Source: Candidatus Woesearchaeota archaeon | GTDB lineage: Archaea > Nanobdellota > Nanobdellia > Woesearchaeales > JACRKL01 | Direction: 5' to 3' | Assembly (NCBI GenBank): GCA_016219835.1 | Contig: JACRKL010000128.1 | Location: forward strand, 1-32,064 | Length of the DNA stretch: 32,064 nucleotides | In this document: in pieces, positions 26,055 through 32,064 of the stretch | Layout of the letters: every line of letters starts with the position of its first letter | How positions within the stretch are numbered: position 1 is the stretch's first letter | Notes under the pieces: model-generated | What the model was told of the DNA's origin: nothing | Database searches by the model: none | What the model saw: only the letters and a program-made list of their open reading frames with translations | Program-made: the position numbers and the translations under genes

Positions 26055-26855
26055 TTATTCTTTCCTCTCAAGCGTCCGGTAAACGCTGTACAGTTGGGTG
26101 TACTGATCCCTCGTCATCGTACGCTTTTCAAGCAGCTCGCTCGCTTGGTTTACCAAGGCATGAAGCTCCACCATCGGGCGTTCAACTTGTTCTTTCTGCT
26201 CAACGAGTCCCATGATTTTTGCATCATACGTTGCAATAACGTTTGCTTTCAAGCCGTTTATAGTATGTGGATCAAGGAAGCTGGTATCATTCTTGCTGCT
26301 GTACCGGTGCCTGTTATTGAGGTACTCCTTTACACGTCTTGGATCTCCTGCCTTTCCAAATAGGAAATCATACGACGGAAAAGAAACCTTGTATTTGACG
26401 TCTATCGCTTCCAGATCATGTCCTCTTTGGGTTCTTAACTTATACATATCATTGCAAAGCTGGGCAACCGCCTTCAGTTCGTCAGGGAAGAGTTGCTCAT
26501 ATTCTTTGTCTCCAACATAAGGAATGAAGCGCTGACGCTGATAGGGATTCTCATGGCTGCCGTCGCCAAACAACTGCTGATAATGCTTCTCAACAGCTTC
26601 AGCAAGCTGGGGCTTGCCTAATTCTTTGAACAGGTGACTGATCGTTCTACTCTTCTTAAAGATCCCTTCCTTCTTGTGTTCTTCAAGACTGTTTTCAAGA
26701 TCCATACGTTTCTGCTTGAGTCTCTGCTGCTCTTGGTAACCTACGGAAGCTAATTCCACCACGGGTGCTTCGAGAGCTGCAACTGTAGGTTGTTCCTCTT
26801 GCTTCCCTTCAGATGCTACCGTTGGTTGTTTCCAGGTTTTGCTGAACAAGCTCAT
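26055..26855 (-). CDS. hypothetical protein (266 aa), second gene of a coupled pair
   Basis: Its ATG overlaps the stop of the upstream gene (4-nt overlap at 26852-26855). N-terminal MSLFSKTWK. No family recognised. Confidence 0.55.
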   Translation of the reverse strand: MSLFSKTWKQPTVASEGKQEEQPTVAALEAPVVELASVGYQEQQRLKQKRMDLENSLEEHKKEGIFKKSRTISHLFKELGKPQLAEAVEKHYQQLFGDGSHENPYQRQRFIPYVGDKEYEQLFPDELKAVAQLCNDMYKLRTQRGHDLEAIDVKYKVSFPSYDFLFGKAGDPRRVKEYLNNRHRYSSKNDTSFLDPHTINGLKANVIATYDAKIMGLVEQKEQVERPMVELHALVNQASELLEKRTMTRDQYTQLYSVYRTLERKE

Positions 26856-27889
26856 GGTTTCACCTGATTTGGTTGATACTTTGCAATCGTTGTTCTGATG
26901 AAGTCGAGCGCCTGAACATACGGCTGCTTATACGTTGCTTCAAGCTCACTGAACAAACGCTCATCATCTTCTTTCGTAGATCTCAGGGAAACAAAAGATC
27001 CCTGCTCATTCCACGTCCATTCTTTGCCGTGAGAACCATCAGAGAACAGATGTTGATCCTGAACATCGTCCATGGCGTAAATACTCCAGGGGCAACGATC
27101 AGATGGCTCATCCTTAAACAAGTGTTCAATAGATCGTGCATGATCCAGAACAGCCTCCATCTTTTCCGTAAGCTTGCCATAGTCTCCATAAGGCGCAAAC
27201 TTGAGAATCTCACCAACTTTTTCCAGGACAGCATTCTCCACACCATGCCCATACGCCAAGAGAATGGCGTAGTTGATAGCAGCACTCCATTGCTTGCTTC
27301 CCTTTTCTTCTTCCCATGTATCAAGGTAAGCTTCAATTATTTTTCCGGTGCTGAACCCATAAGTATTACCAGCCATTTTATAGCCCATGTTTGATCGAGC
27401 ATCACGGAATGCTTCATACTGTTCTCCATGATGGTTTCCCGAGGTGTTATACACAAATGGTGTACCAGCATCGTCCAAGAGCTTTCCGAGGTTCAGTGCA
27501 CCATGTGACGTCGGCTGTTCACCTGCTTTCAAAGGAAAGAAAATATCAGACGCCACTGCATGAAATCTCTTTTGCTGAAGATGCTGTTCTGCTTCTTCGT
27601 ACGTTGAAGCAAATGTGAAATTGATGCCGACACACTGCGAAGCAGTACTCTTGGCATCTGCAAGATGCTTGGGGGTGTCTTCGATGATTAGCATCTCCAA
27701 AGAACCTGAGCCAATAGCTAAAGGAGGTGGCACAATTCGGTGGTGTTCTTCTGGTGCTGGCTCTGGGACAGCTGCCTGTGCTGATGCTTTCAAGACATCT
27801 GGAGATGGAGATACCTGAAGCGGTCCTTCTGTTCTCTGCTTCTTCATTCCATATCCAAATATATTCTTCATACTCTGGTATAAGCTCAT
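26852..27889 (-). CDS. hypothetical protein with receiver (REC)-like segment
   Basis: GGAGG lies 7 nt upstream of ATG 27889. LEMLIIEDTPKHLADAK...FTFASTYEEAEQHLQQKRFHAVASDIFFP follows the beta1 acidic pair / beta3 Asp pattern of CheY-like receivers. The remaining roughly 220 aa are unrecognised. Confidence 0.5.
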   Translation of the reverse strand: MSLYQSMKNIFGYGMKKQRTEGPLQVSPSPDVLKASAQAAVPEPAPEEHHRIVPPPLAIGSGSLEMLIIEDTPKHLADAKSTASQCVGINFTFASTYEEAEQHLQQKRFHAVASDIFFPLKAGEQPTSHGALNLGKLLDDAGTPFVYNTSGNHHGEQYEAFRDARSNMGYKMAGNTYGFSTGKIIEAYLDTWEEEKGSKQWSAAINYAILLAYGHGVENAVLEKVGEILKFAPYGDYGKLTEKMEAVLDHARSIEHLFKDEPSDRCPWSIYAMDDVQDQHLFSDGSHGKEWTWNEQGSFVSLRSTKEDDERLFSELEATYKQPYVQALDFIRTTIAKYQPNQVKP

Positions 27890-28046
27890 GGTCGTTTCCT
27901 CCGGTTTTGTGTTTTTTTAGTTATTTCTAAGTAGTAAGAGAAAGAACGATGTATATAACCGTTCGCTCTCCAGAAAAGGAGGAGATACTAGTATTACGGC
28001 GACCTTAGAGTAAAATTTATATACAAGTATTACTTTATTACCACTT

Positions 28047-28307
28047 ATGGCAGAAGTCAAAACCATTAAAGGGATAGACGATGCAAGCTGGTCGGAGTTT
28101 AAGTCACTTGCAGCTCAACACAAAAAGAACATGGGCGAGTTCTTTGGTGACTTGCTTGCGGCATACAAAGCAAGAGAAGTTCGCAGATTTTGGGACGATA
28201 TTCTTACCATTGAACATCGGCTAAGCAAAGAGGCAGCAGATGAAATTCGAAAAACAGTAGCTACTCTCCGCAAAGAGGATGGGTTCAGGGAGACTCTATG
28301 GCATTGA
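28047..28307 (+). CDS. vapB: antitoxin of the VapBC pair (putative RHH/VapB-like)
   Basis: 86 aa, immediately upstream of the PIN gene and overlapping it by 10 nt. The N-terminal IKGIDDASWSEFKSLAAQHKKNMGEFFGDLL resembles a ribbon-helix-helix fold. Confidence 0.65.
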   Translation: MAEVKTIKGIDDASWSEFKSLAAQHKKNMGEFFGDLLAAYKAREVRRFWDDILTIEHRLSKEAADEIRKTVATLRKEDGFRETLWH

Positions 28308-28693
28308 TCCTGGATACCTCTATTCTCATCGATATTGAACAAGAAGTTCCGGAAACGTTACACGCTTTAGCAGAAATTGTGCGCTATGAGCAACATCCTG
28401 CAAGCATCAGTTTCATGAGCTACTTTGAATTTCTCTATGGCTTGAGGAACCAGTCCTATCAAGTCAAACAGGAGAAAACTGCTTGGCTGAGGAAGTTTTT
28501 GTGCCTTGAAGCGGGGCTTCACACTGCTGAAATTCTTGCTGAACTGAGGCAGCGCTATGCGACAAAAGGGAAACCTTTACCTCTTGCAGATATGATCATT
28601 GCCGCTCAGACAAAGGAACACCACCTCACGTTGGTAACCAAAGATAAACTGTTTGACAAGATCGAAGAGATAAAGGCGATAGTGATCACATGA
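28298..28693 (+). CDS. vapC: PIN-domain ribonuclease toxin VapC
   Basis: MALILDTSILID (first catalytic Asp), FEFLYG, LADMIIAA and TKDKLF together give the PIN acidic quartet pattern. 131 aa. Confidence 0.85.
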   Translation: MALILDTSILIDIEQEVPETLHALAEIVRYEQHPASISFMSYFEFLYGLRNQSYQVKQEKTAWLRKFLCLEAGLHTAEILAELRQRYATKGKPLPLADMIIAAQTKEHHLTLVTKDKLFDKIEEIKAIVIT

Positions 28694-29424
28694 ACATCTC
28701 CATCCTTGAAGACATTGGATTAACAAATGCAGAGATCAAAGTATATCTCGCACTTCTGGAAATTGGAAGCTCAACTGCTGGCCCTATCATCGAGAAAAGT
28801 CAACTCCAAAGTTCTGTCGTGCACATGACGCTGAACAAGCTGGTTGAGAAAGGATTGCTCTCGTTTGTCAAAGAAGGTCAGAGAAAGCATTATCAGGCAG
28901 CAAATCCTCAGCACATTACCGATTACCTTGACGAGAAAAAGAAACGCTTCGAACAAATTCTTCCCGAGCTGATGCTGAAGCAAGAACTCGCAAAGCAAAA
29001 ATCTGAGGTGATTGCGTTCAAAGGAATTAAGGGTATTAAGGAACTTCTGCTAGAGCTTCTGGAAGCTGGAGGATCTGAGCATCATACCTTTGGCTCCAGC
29101 AGTGTGTCGCTGATGATCAACGATGCATGGTGGGTTAACTACCACAAAAAACGAGCAGAGAAAGGCATTACTGCAAAACTGTTGTTCAACGCATCGCTGG
29201 TATCGTGGAAAGCTGAATCAAAATATCCAAAGTCCGAAGTGCGCTATACCAAAGCAGGATTTGAACCACTAACGGAAACCATTATCCGTAATGACAAGAT
29301 AGGCATCATCATCTGGACAGAAAAACCCATGGGCACATTAATCCACAGCAAGGAAGCTGCTGATTCGTATGAGCAGTTCTTTCAAATGCTATGGGGTAGA
29401 GCTAACACCACCAAGAAAAAATAA
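28690..29424 (+). CDS. TrmB family transcriptional regulator
   Basis: LTNAEIKVYLALLEIGSSTAGPIIEKSQLQSSVVHMTLNKLVEKGLLSFVKEGQRKHYQAANPQHI. Its ATG overlaps the vapC TGA (ATGA at 28690-28693). It has the same architecture as 19347..20084. Confidence 0.8.
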   Translation: MNISILEDIGLTNAEIKVYLALLEIGSSTAGPIIEKSQLQSSVVHMTLNKLVEKGLLSFVKEGQRKHYQAANPQHITDYLDEKKKRFEQILPELMLKQELAKQKSEVIAFKGIKGIKELLLELLEAGGSEHHTFGSSSVSLMINDAWWVNYHKKRAEKGITAKLLFNASLVSWKAESKYPKSEVRYTKAGFEPLTETIIRNDKIGIIIWTEKPMGTLIHSKEAADSYEQFFQMLWGRANTTKKK

Positions 29425-29439
29425 TGAAGAACACCCTAG

Positions 29440-29718
29440 CTACTTCTTTCCTTTCTTTGCTTTTGACTTGGGTTTCTTTGCCTTCTTGGCAGGCTTCTTC
29501 TTCGCAGCTTTTGACTTGGCTTGCTTTTTGAAGTCATCTGCCGTTGGCGCGTCAATCGGTTCCATGTGCTCAAATGGAAGAACTGTCGTATTTGGCTCTG
29601 GCTCCGGCGTTGGAGCAGTTGACTCCATCGAAGGCACGAATGGTTCCGATGTTGTCTGCGATTGCGTTGTCTCTTGCTTTTTACCAAACAGGTTTTTGAA
29701 AAATGATCCGATTCCCAT
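29440..29718 (-). CDS. small protein with N-terminal amphipathic helix and C-terminal AKK-rich tail (hypothetical)
   Basis: MGIGSFFKNLFGKK..., then an acidic/Pro-rich middle, then KKQAKSKAAKKKPAKKAKKPKSKAKKGKK. A TATA-like box lies 23-31 nt upstream. Confidence 0.5.
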   Translation of the reverse strand: MGIGSFFKNLFGKKQETTQSQTTSEPFVPSMESTAPTPEPEPNTTVLPFEHMEPIDAPTADDFKKQAKSKAAKKKPAKKAKKPKSKAKKGKK

Positions 29719-29740
29719 ATCTTATTTTATGAACGTCAAC

Positions 29741-29749
29741 ATATTTAAA
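29741..29749. promoter_or_regulatory. single shared TATA-like box midway between two divergent start codons
   Basis: ATATTTAAA is centred at 29745. This is 27 nt from ATG 29718 (minus strand) and 27 nt from ATG 29772 (plus strand). Confidence 0.4.
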
Positions 29750-29771
29750 CCTTTTGATTTATAGAGCTTAT

Positions 29772-30413
29772 ATGAACATCTTCGACAACCTTGCTGAACT
29801 GCACAAATACATCAAAAAACACCGACGGGCAAAAGAGATCTGCCTCGTCGTGGTAACAAAGCAACGGTCGCTTGATGAGATCAAAGAAGCAATAGGTGCA
29901 GGAGCAGTTCATCTGGGTGAAAACAGAGTGCAGGAAGCTGAGAAAAGGCAGCAGGCTATAGCAGCAAACGTACATTGGCACATGATCGGCAGGCTGCAGA
30001 GCAATAAAGTCAAGCTAGCAGTCCAGCTGTTTGAGTATCTGCATTCCATTGGTTCGATGAAGCTGGCAGAGCTCGTCAGCAAGGAAGCAGGAAAGCAGGG
30101 GAAGAAGGTCAAGATATTTTTGCAGGTCAACGTTTCTGGAGAAGGGAGCAAACAGGGATTTTCAGAGGAAGAAGTCATTAAGGTACTGCCTGCCCTGAAA
30201 AAACTACCGCATCTCGACATCCTCGGACTGATGACGATGGCTCCGCATGCCGAGGCTGAAAAGACAAGACCCGTGTTTAAGAAGCTTGCCCTGCTTAAGG
30301 AGAAGCTTGGACTTAAGCACTTGTCCATGGGCATGAGCAATGATTATCAGGTTGCATTGGAGGAAGGAGCTGATTTCATCAGGATCGGAACGAAGGTGTT
30401 TGCACGTGGCTAA
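29772..30413 (+). CDS. yggS: YggS/PROSC family pyridoxal-phosphate-binding protein
   Basis: LVVVTKQRS, HLGENRVQEA, HMIGRLQSNKVK, LSMGMSNDY and IRIGTKVF are signatures of the YggS (alanine racemase N-terminal fold) family. The start is at ATG 29772. Confidence 0.85.
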   Translation: MNIFDNLAELHKYIKKHRRAKEICLVVVTKQRSLDEIKEAIGAGAVHLGENRVQEAEKRQQAIAANVHWHMIGRLQSNKVKLAVQLFEYLHSIGSMKLAELVSKEAGKQGKKVKIFLQVNVSGEGSKQGFSEEEVIKVLPALKKLPHLDILGLMTMAPHAEAEKTRPVFKKLALLKEKLGLKHLSMGMSNDYQVALEEGADFIRIGTKVFARG

Positions 30414-30525
30414 AGAAGAAGGATCAGCCAGCAAAGGCGGGAGACTGATCTTCGATCCTATCCCATACCCCGTAGGGGGCATCCCCCTCAGGATCTCCGC
30501 CAAGGCTGGCATCTCTAAGAATATC

Positions 30526-31176
30526 GTGCTGCTTGCTTTCTCATGTGCCTGCCTTGCTTTAATTATCTTTCTGAGCACCGCTTCAGTAGTGGTGTTTGAT
30601 CGGGGCATGTATCAGGATCACCTCGAGAAACGGGGGATCTATAGCGACATGAAGTTCTTCAAGAACATGACTCCGGAAGAGACACGCATGGTGGTGGATC
30701 AGTTGCTTGGCTATCTCCAGAAAGGAACGTCCTATGATCAGCGATATTTCTCAGAGGAAGAGATTATCCATATGAGAGATGTACGGGGGTTATTTTACCG
30801 GAGTAGAGTTTTTGATGGCGTGCTCATGGTTCTGGGTGCCATCCTCTTCTTTTTGCTTCTGAGAGAAATACCACGAAACGCAAATCTCTTCACTAACCTG
30901 TTACAAGGAACAGCGATCGTTGGAGGGATCTGGCTACTGATGCTGCTGGTCTTGGGATTATTTTTTGCCCCTGCATTTCTGCTCTTCCATCAACTGCTCT
31001 TTGCCAACATGTACTGGCTGCTGCCTCTCGATTCAACGCTGATTCTACTATTTCCGGAGCCGTTTTTTAGGGAGGTTTTTTTCAAGATCGTGCTCTGGAG
31101 CGGGGTTGGATATCTCATCGGTGGGGTTTTTGGAATAGCATTACAGCGGTTCAGAAAAAGGGTAATCGATTCCTAG
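30526..31176 (+). CDS. DUF1461 / TIGR01906-like integral membrane protein
   Basis: An N-terminal TM helix, an extracytoplasmic region with EEEIIHMRDVRGLF (the HM.DV motif of DUF1461) and C-terminal TM helices. The start is uncertain. GTG 30526 is preferred because 30464-30485 repeats a non-coding motif seen at 15693-15714. GTG 30406 is the alternative. Confidence 0.6.
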   Translation: MLLAFSCACLALIIFLSTASVVVFDRGMYQDHLEKRGIYSDMKFFKNMTPEETRMVVDQLLGYLQKGTSYDQRYFSEEEIIHMRDVRGLFYRSRVFDGVLMVLGAILFFLLLREIPRNANLFTNLLQGTAIVGGIWLLMLLVLGLFFAPAFLLFHQLLFANMYWLLPLDSTLILLFPEPFFREVFFKIVLWSGVGYLIGGVFGIALQRFRKRVIDS

Positions 31177-31880
31177 AACTCCATCCAGCGATGCGGAAGA
31201 TGAACCTTTAACTCAAGGTCAGAACGCGGCTCGCTGTATTTAAAATGCTGGTTCGGTCCGAAATAATACTGCTTCACCAAGAGATCATCCCCGGTGAATG
31301 TAACGATCGTATACGAAGACCTGCCATGATTTTTGTGATTATCTGGAGCAATAGGATAAATCGGTCCGCAATTAACGATCACCGGCTTTGTTTTGGTGTC
31401 AATGCCGTGTGTGTGTTCATGTCCGATCAAAACAAGCTTAGGCTGGAGCTCCTTAATCGCATCACGCAAGGACAGAGTTTCTGAATGTTCGAGTTGGTGT
31501 AAGAGCAAGACATCAAGAGTCTCTAAATCGAATGCCTTGAGCATTTCATGGGGGTCGATTCTAAAGCGCCGATTCTCTACCTGCTCCCATGCTCCACGAT
31601 AGACAAAGGCAAAACCTCCACCATACGCTCCAACACGATAGCCGTTGTACGTCCTCTTTTCTTTATGAAAAACGTACGGTTGTAGATCGCCCAAGGTGCC
31701 ATCATCCAAAGCAATCTCATGATTGCCAGGCACGAAACCAACCCTCTGGATATCATCGGGGTTCATCCGTTGGAGATGAGGGACATGCTTCCGGAAGACT
31801 GAAGCGAGCCGACCATAGACAGCATGAGCATTCCATGGCGAACCTTCGTAGTTATTCAGTGCATCACCTAAGTGGAACAA
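31173..31880 (-). CDS. calcineurin-like metallophosphoesterase, apparently N-terminally truncated
   Basis: HLGD (motif II), PGNHE (III), LLLHQ and IGHEHTHG (V) are present. Motif I (DxH) is absent. Only a TTG start is available. The frame stays open and MPE-like (TETALSYIGREDPPIDAL) up to 31961 with no start codon. Confidence 0.6.
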   Translation of the reverse strand: MFHLGDALNNYEGSPWNAHAVYGRLASVFRKHVPHLQRMNPDDIQRVGFVPGNHEIALDDGTLGDLQPYVFHKEKRTYNGYRVGAYGGGFAFVYRGAWEQVENRRFRIDPHEMLKAFDLETLDVLLLHQLEHSETLSLRDAIKELQPKLVLIGHEHTHGIDTKTKPVIVNCGPIYPIAPDNHKNHGRSSYTIVTFTGDDLLVKQYYFGPNQHFKYSEPRSDLELKVHLPHRWMEF

Positions 31881-31988
31881 AGCGTCGATGGGTGGATCTT
31901 CTCTTCCAATGTATGATAAAGCAGTTTCGGTAGTGTTAGTAAATGACTGACAGAAAGATTTTTATTCTTTGAAATATTTGGTGTGCGT

Positions 31989-32064
31989 ATGGCACCAAAA
32001 CTCATCTGCACAAGCTGCAACAGCAGCAATATCGTTATGAATGGACTTACTTCTGCCAAGAAGC
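31989..32064 (+). CDS. 5' end of a zinc-ribbon ORF, possibly an IS transposase (InsA/IS1-like N-terminus); runs off the window
   Basis: Hand translation gives MAPKLICTSCNSSNIVMNGLTSAKK..., which is CxxC followed by (I/V)xxNG as in InsA-type zinc fingers. GATTTTTATTC lies 22-32 nt upstream. Only 25 codons are visible. Confidence 0.3.
   Translation, partial: MAPKLICTSCNSSNIVMNGLTSAKK

Noticed and set aside
31868-32059. 63-aa minus-strand ORF upstream of the metallophosphoesterase
   Set aside because: It lies antisense to the zinc-ribbon ORF start, is low-complexity (ITILLLLQLVQ) and has no MPE motif I. It was considered as a frameshifted MPE N-terminus. However, the MPE frame itself stays MPE-like up to about 31943 and then breaks.
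1-32064. CRISPR arrays, tRNA, rRNA, SRP RNA
   Set aside because: All spacers over 50 nt were read on both strands. I saw no regularly spaced repeats, cloverleaf-compatible segments or conserved SRP/rRNA strings. This was a by-eye scan only, so small RNAs could have been missed.

Overview
This is a gene-dense archaeal chromosomal segment. The archaeal hallmarks are aIF5A, ribosomal protein L40e, aIF6, prefoldin alpha, FtsY, three TrmB-family regulators, a NurA-like nuclease and an Lhr helicase. Most genes have a TATA-like box 20-35 nt upstream of the ATG. Bacterial-type MetK, a NOX-like reductase and many orphan genes suggest a small-genome (DPANN-like) lineage, but that is inference only. All product calls come from motifs I recognised by eye; no searches were run. 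Housekeeping blocks are the aIF5A-L40e-S2P protease operon (3.5-5.3 kb), the aIF6-prs-pfdA-ftsY string (6.5-10.3 kb) and metK. Accessory content includes a MutS-related ATPase divergent from a NurA-like nuclease, a pore-less voltage-sensor-like membrane protein, an orphan island at 24.2-27.9 kb (a split large ORF plus a receiver-like two-gene operon) and a vapBC-trmB operon. The best-supported new observation is an unannotated family of non-coding inverted-repeat elements. Two intact copies (164 bp at 16626-16789 and 215 bp at 23944-24158) are each flanked by a perfect 9-bp direct duplication. They share about 50-nt termini, and the substitutions between copies are compensatory. Degenerate terminus fragments pile up at 15.54-15.76 kb. 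At the right edge a metallophosphoesterase gene has lost its N-terminal motif next to the start of a zinc-ribbon ORF, which may be the edge of the autonomous IS. I found no rRNA, tRNA or CRISPR array.
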